26,894 nt of DNA from an uncultured bacterium. Lineage in GTDB: Bacteria; UBA4055. Both the position numbers and the translations under genes were made by a program. Where the stretch lies: the NCBI GenBank assembly GCA_937873545.1, contig CALMWI010000155.1, forward strand, positions 1-26,894, in the 5' to 3' direction. Position 1 is the stretch's first letter; every line of letters begins with the position of its first letter. Below are positions 1 through 9,070 of this stretch, one piece after another. The notes below the pieces were generated by a model. It was not told where the DNA came from. It did not search any database and saw only the letters and a list, made by a program, of their open reading frames with translations.

Positions 1-135
1 TTAAAATGTTCCAAAAACATCTCAAAATAATAGGTATAATTGTTTATCGTGCTTAGGCTGTAATTTTTCAGCCTTAAAAGGCGGTTATATTCAGATAATT
101 CGGTATTCATTCACTGCTCGTATTTTATGTATTTA

Positions 136-164
136 AAATTAAGGCTTTTGTGGCTTATTGTCAA
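136..164 (-). promoter_or_regulatory. Putative sigma70 promoter pointing out of the left edge of the window
   Basis: Minus strand TTGACA (164-159), 17-nt spacer, TAATTT (141-136) in the non-coding region downstream of the 199..1782 gene. Confidence 0.55.
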
Positions 165-198
165 TCAGATTGTTTAACAAAACTGTTATGTATCGGAA

Positions 199-1782
199 CT
201 ACCGGTAAAATATCCATCTGACGCCCCAGATCTCGTCCATGGTCCGCATGTCGAATCCGTCGATAGTCCGGTATTTGTAATGTTTATTTACTTCGAAGGT
301 ATTATCGTTGAATTCATATTTGTCTTTCAGAAAATTATCAGAACCGAAGAAGAACTCAAAATTGACTATCCGGGCTATAAAATTTAAGCTGAGATTGTTC
401 ATATACTCCATGCTGCTGCCGATCAAATATTCCGAATAATTGTGATATAAAGCGAAGTTTAGAGTGAGTTTATCGTTGAAGTATTTGTCGGAGAAAGTGA
501 CTGTGGAGATATTGTTCATAAATACGGCGTCACTGATCTTTCCTGATGCGGATTTCAGGTACTCATTCCTGAAGATGAGCTTGTTTTTGTAATCTGCGCT
601 GAATTCAAGGCGGTAAAAATCTCTACCGGAACTTCCTTTATAATTGAACATGTCGTAACCGGCGCTGAAATTCAAGGCTGAATTTCCGGATTTAATGCTC
701 TTTTTCAGAGTGAAAAAGTTCTCAAGAAGATCAATATTCTGATCATTTGTATCTTCGGAGAAATACCCGTGAGTCGTCTCAAAGCAGATGATTGAGTTCA
801 GGTCTTTGGAAAAGTCAAGGTGCAACGATCTTGTTTGGTCAGATTCGTCGTTCAGGGCGAAATATCCGTTCAGGCTGTAGTCAACAAATGATCTTCTGCT
901 GAAATCAGATCCGATATAAAAAAGATGGTTCTTGCCTGCTTCAGTATCAAAACCGGCTTTGCTTTCAAATCTGCTTAGCGTATCGTCGAAAGTATAAGTA
1001 TCGTAAAAGCTGAAATAATTGGAAGTGTTTTTATTGATCTCATGAATATGAACTGCTGAAAATCTGTTGTTTTTTGTACTGTCCAACCGGCTGTCAAAGT
1101 ATAAGACTGACCTTAAATTTTCAGGTTTAATGTGTGTAGAGTCTGCTGCGAGAGTAAATTTATCTTCTTTCATATAAGAAACATCAATAACGGGCTTGGT
1201 TGATTTCATTTGCGGCATTATCAATTTGACTCGGTAATTCTGTTTCTGATACGGGAACTTAAAATCGTCGTATCTATCTCTGTTGTCTTTCCAGTCAAAA
1301 ACTTCGCCCGAGACCAGGAATGAGAAGCTGTCTGTCGCATGCTGAAAAATATTCGCGGTAAGGTCGCGGTAATTAAAAAAAGCGTCACGGTAATTTACTT
1401 CAGAAACCGGGACGACAGAATTGTAACTCTTTGTATAGATGCTGACAGTCATTCCGCTGTTTTCAACGGAGCGGTCATCCAGAATTATGCTTTCGATCTG
1501 ATCTACCGAAAAGAACGAAAGATCGCAGGTGTTTTTTCCGTAGTATATATTGTCGATATATAAAGAGATCTCGGCAGATGATTTGCCGATCCTCTGGAGC
1601 ATTACCGGCTGTCCGATTATTCCATAGCTAAAGCCGTGCACAGATGATATTTTTGTAAGAAGGTCATATAGATCTCTAGCGGCGACATTTCTGACAGCTC
1701 CGGAATCCAAAACGACTGTTCTTGAATTTAAAGAGAAAATAAACGCAAATATGAAAAAATATTTTAATTTTTTCAAAGGCAT
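199..1782 (-). CDS. Outer-membrane protein, TonB-plug-like N-terminus plus putative porin-type beta-barrel
   Basis: 527 aa. N-terminal signal peptide (MPLKKLKYFFIFAFIFSLNS). Plug-like segment (DLLTKISSVHG...ISLYIDNIYY...DLSFFSVDQIESI). Alternating aromatic/hydrophobic strands and a barrel-type C-terminus (WGVRWIFYR). Confidence 0.55.
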   Translation of the reverse strand: MPLKKLKYFFIFAFIFSLNSRTVVLDSGAVRNVAARDLYDLLTKISSVHGFSYGIIGQPVMLQRIGKSSAEISLYIDNIYYGKNTCDLSFFSVDQIESIILDDRSVENSGMTVSIYTKSYNSVVPVSEVNYRDAFFNYRDLTANIFQHATDSFSFLVSGEVFDWKDNRDRYDDFKFPYQKQNYRVKLIMPQMKSTKPVIDVSYMKEDKFTLAADSTHIKPENLRSVLYFDSRLDSTKNNRFSAVHIHEINKNTSNYFSFYDTYTFDDTLSRFESKAGFDTEAGKNHLFYIGSDFSRRSFVDYSLNGYFALNDESDQTRSLHLDFSKDLNSIICFETTHGYFSEDTNDQNIDLLENFFTLKKSIKSGNSALNFSAGYDMFNYKGSSGRDFYRLEFSADYKNKLIFRNEYLKSASGKISDAVFMNNISTVTFSDKYFNDKLTLNFALYHNYSEYLIGSSMEYMNNLSLNFIARIVNFEFFFGSDNFLKDKYEFNDNTFEVNKHYKYRTIDGFDMRTMDEIWGVRWIFYR

Positions 1783-1805
1783 AATCTAGAAATTGCCTGA
1801 ATATA

Positions 1806-2627
1806 TTACCATCCCAGTTTTTCTTCCGCTTCAGCGTTCAGATTTATATCAATTACCGTACCTTCCTTAACTTTCTGACCCCACTGAATTGACTGTCCGA
1901 TGATCCTGTCGAAAGCTTTGTCCTCGTCAGTGACTTTGGTTACCTTTCCGAGTTTGAGCTTGCTTCTTTCGATTTCCGCCTTCGCCTTATCAAGGCTTTT
2001 GTTGTAAAGGTTCGGTACTATTACCTGCTTAACAGCAGCGCCTTTACTTACAACGATATCAACAACAGCCTCGGAGCTGATCTCGCTGCCCGCAGGCGGA
2101 TTGAAGCTGATCACCTTATCCTTTTCTACTTTATCATTATCTTCAAAATTTTCCGAAATATTGATAATGCCGGATTTTCCCAACAGGTCTTTTGCGGTTG
2201 AATAGTTAAGTCCGGTAATATCAGGCATTACTACCTTGTCGGTCAGCTCGATCTCGGCCAGATCATCTTCGGACATTGTTTCTATAGTTATTTCTACGGC
2301 TTTTGCGACGCTTAACTTAACCGCGTCTCCTGCTTTTGCGACGAACCCCGGAAGAGGAAACTGCGATAAAATAACATCCGGCTGGGTATTTTCGAGAAAT
2401 TTTTCTTCGGGAATTATCTTAAGACCGAACTGCTGTGCGACTTTTTCCGCTTCAGGGAGCTTTAGATTAACAAAATTGGGTACCTCGGTTGAAGTTGCCA
2501 GAGGTTCGGAAGAAAGAAAATCCTCCGGAAGTATTTTCTTAAGATTTATCACCCCGGTAAATATTAGTATGCTTGTTATGACTGTAACAAGGAACGAGGT
2601 AATTAATGCTGTTGCGAAAGGTTTCAT
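1806..2627 (-). CDS. Membrane-anchored PASTA-repeat protein (3 PASTA domains, no kinase or PBP domain)
   Basis: N-terminal TM helix (ALITSFLVTVITSILIFTGVI), then three repeats starting VPNFVN, MPDITG and VPNLYN with PASTA features (A...L...GL, Q.P.PG, V.L.VS). Confidence 0.85.
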   Translation of the reverse strand: MKPFATALITSFLVTVITSILIFTGVINLKKILPEDFLSSEPLATSTEVPNFVNLKLPEAEKVAQQFGLKIIPEEKFLENTQPDVILSQFPLPGFVAKAGDAVKLSVAKAVEITIETMSEDDLAEIELTDKVVMPDITGLNYSTAKDLLGKSGIINISENFEDNDKVEKDKVISFNPPAGSEISSEAVVDIVVSKGAAVKQVIVPNLYNKSLDKAKAEIERSKLKLGKVTKVTDEDKAFDRIIGQSIQWGQKVKEGTVIDINLNAEAEEKLGW

Positions 2628-2644
2628 TTTTTTATCCTTTTTTC

Positions 2645-5600
2645 TTAATGAATACTCTCAATAAATCTTTTTGCGTAATCAAGTTTATTGTAATCGAAGT
2701 CGTCTTTGTTGCTGAAGCTCAGCAGCTTTTCAAAATAATACCGCGCCGATCTATTGTCCCCGATAGCGGATTTTATCATACCGATATTATAGAACAGATT
2801 CGGATAATTGTGGTAATCGTCAGGCGAAAGGTTCCCCAAAGCCCTTGTACTTATCTTATCCGCTTCAGAAAAATCACCAAGATTATAATAGATCCACGAA
2901 GTTGTAGATAAGAATTCGGGATTTTCAGGTTCTTTCTCAAGAAGCAGCTTTGAAATATCAAGGGCTTCAGACATGTCGCCCTTGTTGTCAGTTATGAAAC
3001 GCACAAGTTCGTGCATGAATCCTGTTTCATGCGGGAAGAGGCTGAGCTTGAGCCTATAAGCACGGTCCCTTAATTCCAGAATGCCCGGGTTTGGGAAATT
3101 TTTATTGCTGTCGAAATATCTGAGTCCGAAAAAGTCATCATCTCCGGAATAAAATGCCTGTTTGGATATTGAAGCGTACTCCGGTGCGTTAGTGATCTTA
3201 TAAAGGTATAGATTTGCAGGAAGGTTTCCCGGGTCAAGTATCAGGGCAGATTTAAAGAATTTCTGAGAAGCACTGTTATTGATCCCGTAATTGAGCAGTC
3301 CGAGCAGGGTTAAGTTTTCTACTCTTTTCGGATCAAGCTTGTTGGCTTTTTCTGCGTAATCGATCGCGTCGATCGTTTTTGACTGAGCAAGGTTTATCTC
3401 AGAGAGCGCTGAGTATAAAGACGACAGAGCGGCGGGGTCATTCTTGAATTTTTCAGTAAGGAAAATCAGAAAATTCGAGAGCCTGTCGAAATCCTCATAC
3501 ATCATAAAACTGGAAACCAGTATTTCAAGAAATTTATCTGAGACCTGAAAATTCTTTTCTTTGATCAGTTCAAGATAGTGCTCGGCAGTTAGAAAATCAT
3601 TGTTGTTCATAAGAACGGATGAAAAACTGATAAGATTGTAAGCGTATGAGGGATTTTTGACTACTGAAAGAAGAAGTTCATTACCTGCAGAAGCGTAAAG
3701 CTTTTTCTTGAGCAGAGAAAAGTTAAGATCGTTCTGCCTCAAAAATTTTCTGAATCTTCCGGCACCGAGGCTTAATAAAAGGTCTGTATTGTTATTGTGA
3801 TCTAAAAAGCAGCTGAGTGCGAATTCATCTTCAGAAAGGGCGGAATGATAAAGAATATCCCCGAACATATTCATAACGCCGACGGACGGAAGCGTGCCGA
3901 TCCCGTTATCTTTGCAGATGTTGTTTCTGTTTCCGTCAATGAAAAGCGGAATATACAGCGAATTGATCTTTCTGATTATATCGTAACTTGAAAAAACAGA
4001 CTCATCCGGAATATAGACGTTGTCTTTGCCGCGAGAAAGATAAACAAGGATCGGTTTGCTGTCCATTTTAGAATAAATCATGGCTTCTTCAGGGTCGTAG
4101 ATCCAGTTTATCTCGTCTTTCGGGATATCTTTTCTTTTTCTGTACAGCTTTACTTTGTCTATCTCGTCAGCCAAAACTTTCTGTGGCATCACACCGTATT
4201 TTGATGCTAAAAGGTTTATATCTTCATCAAAGAACAGCACTGTCGGAAATTTGTTTACATTATATTTTTTTGCAAGTTCAGAATTGTCGGCATCCTCGAT
4301 AGAAAGCAGGATGGTCTTTTTATAGTTCTTTAAGAACCCGGGATTAAAGATAGTTTGTTTAAGATAAGTTTCTGAGGCCGGATATTTTTTTGAAGTCAGA
4401 ACAACTATTACCGGAAGCCCGAACTCAAGGGCCAGTTCCTCGGCATGCGAGAAATTTTTAGCGGTTTTATAGCGGTTGTCTTCTGAATCCCTGTTCATTT
4501 CGAAGATCCTTTTACCAAGCAGAACAGATTCAGAAATGAACGAGTGAACCACTTCTTTATCGGTTAAAGATCCTTTTGAGTTTATGAATGACCTTATTAC
4601 CCTTTTGTTTTCATCCGCAAGTATCATAGCGGGAAAGTCAGAGATCCCGAATTCTTCAAGAATCTGTCTGTCCTTATGCCGGAAAAGTCTGTACATGACT
4701 GTTTCATCAGCCATCCCGATAATTTCTTTCTGCGAAAGGGCCAGCTCAAGATATTTTGAATTCAGGCTTGTATTATCAAGAGCTACGATAAGAAGCGGTT
4801 TTTTCTCCTTTGAAGATTTTGATACTGCCTCATCCCATGATTCAACCCATTGATTTTTACTTCCTGAAACCGAGCTCTCTTTCTGCTGGATCGAATCTGA
4901 CAGAGTAATAATATTCTGTATGGCAAAATAGGACTGTATCAGCTCCTCTTTCGTCGGAAACTCAGCCTGTCCGTCATTTATGCACTGCAATGCCATTGCC
5001 GGTTCGTTTTCAAGCAGGCTTAATTTTGCATTCTCAAGATATTTCTGTAAAGAATTGTCCGGAAGCGCGTCAAGGATCTTACGGGCGTTTTCAAATTGAG
5101 ACATGCTTGCATATACTTTAACCGCATTCTGAACAGAAGTGACGGCGGTTGGATTTATTGCCAGAGCGGAGTCTGAGAGTATTTTTGCCTTTTCATAATT
5201 GTACCGTCCGAATTCAATATCGGAAAGAGCATTATAGGCATCGGCATACTCAGGAAAAACTTCCAGCGCATCGCGATAAAGATTTACCGCCTCCAGATCA
5301 TCTCTGCAGATATCCTTATATATTTCGGCACATTTGAACAATGCCAGCGGGTTATCCGGGTAAGCATCTTTAAGCTTTCGGGCAGTATCGGTTGCGGGTG
5401 ATTTTGCGCCCAGTATTTTGTAAAGATCCAGCATGGCGATATGAAAATACACGCTGTTAATTCCGAGTTTTTCAGATTTTTTTAAAAGTGTGTAGGCGCT
5501 GTCCAGCAAATTCCTGTCAGATCCGAAATTCAAATATGCAAGCCCGAGAAAAAATGATGCTTTAGGATTGTTTCTGTTTTTGCTGTACATATCCGAGTAA

Positions 5601-6406
5601 TAATTTAGAAGCTTTTGAAAGTCAGACTGCTCTGCGGATTTTATATTAAAATAGTTCGCCTTTATGTTTTTTATGCTTTTAAAATCTTTTGTTATGTTGT
5701 GAGCCGACTGAAGGTCTGATCTGAAATAATCTTCTTCGTAATCGGTTATATTGTTGAAGACCATCAGAAAAAACAGAAGGAACAGGAAAAAAAGCGTCAG
5801 AGATATCGGCAAAATGACTTTAAGGATATTTTCTCTGTTGAACCGGAACGGATCATCGGTTTTATGAGACGGAAGCTGAGAATCAAGAAGAACTTCATAG
5901 ACCTGGATTTTCTCTTTTATATTCTTAAGCTTTTTGTTGCCGATAAAATTACACTTGATATCATCCTGGTTTCCGAGAAGGATCAGGACCGAGTGAGTAA
6001 TTACTATACCGCCGGGATTGGCTATAGGTCTTATCCGGGAAGCGATATTGACGCCGTCGCCGAAAATGTCTTCATCTTTTATTATGACATCGCCAATGTG
6101 TATCCCGATCCTTACCCAGAGTTCTCGACTTTTAGGCACAGTAGCGTTCCGGTCGGCAAAATATTTCTGCAGTTCCTTCGCGCACTGAACCAGTGTTACT
6201 GCGCTTTCGGACTCTATCAGGATCTCATCCCCGATATGCTTGATTATTTTCCCGCCGTATTTTGCCGAGATCTCAGTTACCACATCCTTATGCTTCTGAA
6301 GTATTTTCAGAGCTTCGGTCTCGTTACTCTGCATCATCTTTGAATAGCCTACGATGTCCGAGAACATTATTGCGCGTAACTTTCTTACTGTACCGCTTTC
6401 ATTCAT
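2645..6406 (-). CDS. Membrane-bound class III adenylate cyclase with extracytoplasmic TPRs and three thioredoxin-like folds
   Basis: Residues about 8-175 carry FSDIVGY (D17), IKHIGD (K56, D60), RIGIHIGD and DIFGDGVNIASR (D113, N120, R124). One TM helix at about 194-217. TPR helices at about 260-500 and 930-1250. Three Trx-like repeats at about 520-870. Confidence 0.85.
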   Translation of the reverse strand: MNESGTVRKLRAIMFSDIVGYSKMMQSNETEALKILQKHKDVVTEISAKYGGKIIKHIGDEILIESESAVTLVQCAKELQKYFADRNATVPKSRELWVRIGIHIGDVIIKDEDIFGDGVNIASRIRPIANPGGIVITHSVLILLGNQDDIKCNFIGNKKLKNIKEKIQVYEVLLDSQLPSHKTDDPFRFNRENILKVILPISLTLFFLFLLFFLMVFNNITDYEEDYFRSDLQSAHNITKDFKSIKNIKANYFNIKSAEQSDFQKLLNYYSDMYSKNRNNPKASFFLGLAYLNFGSDRNLLDSAYTLLKKSEKLGINSVYFHIAMLDLYKILGAKSPATDTARKLKDAYPDNPLALFKCAEIYKDICRDDLEAVNLYRDALEVFPEYADAYNALSDIEFGRYNYEKAKILSDSALAINPTAVTSVQNAVKVYASMSQFENARKILDALPDNSLQKYLENAKLSLLENEPAMALQCINDGQAEFPTKEELIQSYFAIQNIITLSDSIQQKESSVSGSKNQWVESWDEAVSKSSKEKKPLLIVALDNTSLNSKYLELALSQKEIIGMADETVMYRLFRHKDRQILEEFGISDFPAMILADENKRVIRSFINSKGSLTDKEVVHSFISESVLLGKRIFEMNRDSEDNRYKTAKNFSHAEELALEFGLPVIVVLTSKKYPASETYLKQTIFNPGFLKNYKKTILLSIEDADNSELAKKYNVNKFPTVLFFDEDINLLASKYGVMPQKVLADEIDKVKLYRKRKDIPKDEINWIYDPEEAMIYSKMDSKPILVYLSRGKDNVYIPDESVFSSYDIIRKINSLYIPLFIDGNRNNICKDNGIGTLPSVGVMNMFGDILYHSALSEDEFALSCFLDHNNNTDLLLSLGAGRFRKFLRQNDLNFSLLKKKLYASAGNELLLSVVKNPSYAYNLISFSSVLMNNNDFLTAEHYLELIKEKNFQVSDKFLEILVSSFMMYEDFDRLSNFLIFLTEKFKNDPAALSSLYSALSEINLAQSKTIDAIDYAEKANKLDPKRVENLTLLGLLNYGINNSASQKFFKSALILDPGNLPANLYLYKITNAPEYASISKQAFYSGDDDFFGLRYFDSNKNFPNPGILELRDRAYRLKLSLFPHETGFMHELVRFITDNKGDMSEALDISKLLLEKEPENPEFLSTTSWIYYNLGDFSEADKISTRALGNLSPDDYHNYPNLFYNIGMIKSAIGDNRSARYYFEKLLSFSNKDDFDYNKLDYAKRFIESIH

Positions 6407-6439
6407 TTTTTCGCCTTAAATATATTTCCCAGTGTCAGC

Positions 6440-8524
6440 CTATTTGACTTCCGGTTTCAACAGCTCTTTTCTGACAAGCTTTATTCTGCCCTCTTTATCA
6501 GTTCCGATATATTTGACCTGAAGCTTGTCGCCTATCTTGAAATGTTCTTCTACATTAGCGATCCTCTCAAGCGAAAGCTCCGATACATGTACGAGACCCT
6601 CTATACGCGGCATGATCTCAACGAAAACACCGAAAGGTTTTACACCTCTGACCACTCCGTCGTAAACGGCTCCTATCTCGGGTTTCGCGAACATGCTCTG
6701 TATATGTTTGAGCGCAGCTTCACCGTTCTCGCCTTCAGATAATATTTTTATATAGCCGTTGTCATCGACATCTATCTTAACGCCGAATTCTGCGATGATT
6801 CCTTTGATGTTCTTTCCGCCCGGTCCCACGAATAAACCTATTTCGTCTGCGGCGATCTTGTAATTCAAAATCCTCGGAGCGTGTTCAGAAAGCGCCGGTC
6901 TCGGTTTTGATATTGTCGCGTTCATTATCCCGAGTATATGCTTTCTGCCCTGTTTTGCCTGTTCAAGAGCTTTTTTCATGATCTCTATAGAAATACCCTG
7001 GATCTTTATATCCATCTGGTATGCGCAGATACCGTCTTCTGTTCCGGTGACTTTAAAATCCATATCGCCGAGATGGTCTTCATCGCCGAGAATGTCGGAA
7101 AGTATTACTACATCTTCGCCTTCTTTTATCAGACCCATAGCTATTCCGGCGACCTGCTTTTTAATCGGGACTCCTGCGGCCATCATAGCAAGCGAATTGG
7201 AACAGACCGACGCCATCGAGGACGATCCGTTAGATTCCAAAATCTCGGAAACTAGTCTGATAGTATATGGGAAATCGGCTTCGTGGGGTAAGATTGGTTT
7301 GAATGATCTTTCCGCAAGATTTCCGTGTCCGATCTCTCTTCTTGAAACGCCGGATATTTTTTTTACTTCGCCTACAGAGAAAGGAGGGAAGTTATAGTGA
7401 AGATAAAATTTCTGCTCTTCATTTTCATAAATATTTTCGATAGTCTGAGTGTCGGAATCCCCCCCGAGCGTGCAGACGCCTAAACTCTGTGTTTCACCTC
7501 TTGTGAAAAGAGCCGATCCGTGAACTCTGGGCAGTATATCAAGTTCGCAGGTTATCTGTCTGATCTGATCAGGTTTTCTGCCGTCGATCCTGACATTGTT
7601 CTTAATGATGTTTTTTCTGACTATATCTTTTTCAAGGTCATGCATAACGGTCACAAAATGCTTTTCATCTTCGGGATATTCATCTTCAAGCGCGTCAACA
7701 ACATCGGCATGAAGAAGTCTTCTCGCCTCGTTCCTGTCTTCTTTAATTTTGATCTTTGTGAATTCATGGGTCTTGCTCTCTGAAAGAGAGGTTACTTTTG
7801 CTATAAGTTCTTTTGAAATCTCAGGAACCGTATATTCGAATTTGGGTTTACCGAATTCTTTAATTATCCCAGCCTGAAAATCGCAGATAGTATCGATAAT
7901 GTTCTGACCGAACTGAACTGCCTGAAGAAGCTCGTCTTCACTTACTTCCTTTGATTCACCTTCGACCATTGAAATAAATCCTTTACCGCCGCTTATGACA
8001 AGCTCGATATCGCATTCTTTCATCTGTTTTACAGTGGGATTAGCGACTAATTCTCCGTTAAGTCTTCCCACTCTTACTGCGGCAACCGGCTGTGAAAATG
8101 GTATATCTGAAAGATTTACGGCCAAAGAAGTCCCGATAATCCCGAAAACATCCATAACCACCTCGCCGTCCGAAGAAAGAACATTGCAAATGATCTGAAC
8201 TTCGTTATTAAAACCTTCAGGGAATAAAGGTCTTATCGGTCTGTCGATTATCCTCGCGCTTAAGATCTCATTGTTGGAAGGTCTGGATTCTCTTTTTATA
8301 AAACCGCCGGGGAATTTGCCGGCCGCATACATTTTTTCTTTATACTCGACCGTCATGGGGAAGAAATCAAATCCCACTGCCGGAGTTTTTTGCGCGCAAA
8401 TCGTTACGAGAAGCATATTGTCGCCGTATTTTACGACTGCCGCTCCGTTAGCCTGTCTTGCCATCTTTCCGGATTCAAGGACAAGTTCCTTTCCACCGAG
8501 CATCATTTTTTTGCTGAAAAACAT
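6440..8524 (-). CDS. pnp: Polyribonucleotide nucleotidyltransferase (PNPase)
   Basis: Motifs GKMARQANGAA, FPGGFIKRE, RIDGR, HGSALFTRGETQ, RREIGHG, SNGSSSMAS and DHLGDMDFKV. C-terminal KH and S1 domains. SD AGGAG upstream. Confidence 0.98.
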   Translation of the reverse strand: MFFSKKMMLGGKELVLESGKMARQANGAAVVKYGDNMLLVTICAQKTPAVGFDFFPMTVEYKEKMYAAGKFPGGFIKRESRPSNNEILSARIIDRPIRPLFPEGFNNEVQIICNVLSSDGEVVMDVFGIIGTSLAVNLSDIPFSQPVAAVRVGRLNGELVANPTVKQMKECDIELVISGGKGFISMVEGESKEVSEDELLQAVQFGQNIIDTICDFQAGIIKEFGKPKFEYTVPEISKELIAKVTSLSESKTHEFTKIKIKEDRNEARRLLHADVVDALEDEYPEDEKHFVTVMHDLEKDIVRKNIIKNNVRIDGRKPDQIRQITCELDILPRVHGSALFTRGETQSLGVCTLGGDSDTQTIENIYENEEQKFYLHYNFPPFSVGEVKKISGVSRREIGHGNLAERSFKPILPHEADFPYTIRLVSEILESNGSSSMASVCSNSLAMMAAGVPIKKQVAGIAMGLIKEGEDVVILSDILGDEDHLGDMDFKVTGTEDGICAYQMDIKIQGISIEIMKKALEQAKQGRKHILGIMNATISKPRPALSEHAPRILNYKIAADEIGLFVGPGGKNIKGIIAEFGVKIDVDDNGYIKILSEGENGEAALKHIQSMFAKPEIGAVYDGVVRGVKPFGVFVEIMPRIEGLVHVSELSLERIANVEEHFKIGDKLQVKYIGTDKEGRIKLVRKELLKPEVK

Positions 8525-8532
8525 CGTTACTC

Positions 8533-9054
8533 CTATTTTATGGTTTTAATTTCATCTTTGTATTCCGCAGAAAGAGCTACATAAATCTGCGCATGGTGAT
8601 ACAGTTTGTCCAAAGTGTCTCCGGGTAACTGTCTCAGGATCTTGGCAGGAACTCCTCCGATAAGGGAAAAATCCGGAAAAGATTTTCTTTCCAGCACAAC
8701 AGATCCGGCAGCTACGACCGATCCTTTGCCTATATGCGCACCGTCCAGCACTGTCGCTCCCATTCCGATAAGCGTGTTGTTATCTATCGTGCAGCTGTGC
8801 AGTGTAGCGCTGTGTCCGACAGTTACATTGTCTCCGATCACAAGAGGGATCCCTTCAGACTGGTGCAGGCAGCAGTTGTCCTGTATATTGGTGTTTTCGC
8901 CTATTATCACATCATCCACATCAGCTCTTACGGTCGCATTGAACCACACGCTTGAATTTTTACCTATTTTCACCCTTCCGATCACATCCGCGGAAGGAGC
9001 GATAAATACGCTGTCGTCTATCTGAGGTTTTTTACCTTTGTATGAGAAAATCAT
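8533..9054 (-). CDS. Gamma-class carbonic anhydrase family protein (YrdA-like left-handed beta-helix)
   Basis: Hexapeptide repeats (FIAPSADVIGRV.IG..SSVWF...VRAD), NIQDN, three Zn-ligand His (LH, GH, LH) and GVPAK. Start moved from the ORF-track 9096 to ATG 9054 (MIFSYKGKKP), which avoids overlap with the upstream gene and has AAGGG upstream. Confidence 0.9.
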   Translation of the reverse strand: MIFSYKGKKPQIDDSVFIAPSADVIGRVKIGKNSSVWFNATVRADVDDVIIGENTNIQDNCCLHQSEGIPLVIGDNVTVGHSATLHSCTIDNNTLIGMGATVLDGAHIGKGSVVAAGSVVLERKSFPDFSLIGGVPAKILRQLPGDTLDKLYHHAQIYVALSAEYKDEIKTIK

Positions 9055-9070
9055 AGCAGTACCCTTTTTT

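Noticed and set aside
55-74. Hairpin AGGCTG-N8-CAGCCT near the left edge as a terminator
   Set aside because: The stem is only 6 bp and there is no U-tract after it on either strand.
5864-6447. Plus-strand ORFs (159 aa and 61 aa) opposite the cyclase domain
   Set aside because: Antisense shadows of a well-conserved gene with no recognisable motifs. The same applies to the other short opposite-strand ORFs in the track, such as 2236..2664, 8606..9025, 13335..13799 and 20997..21644.
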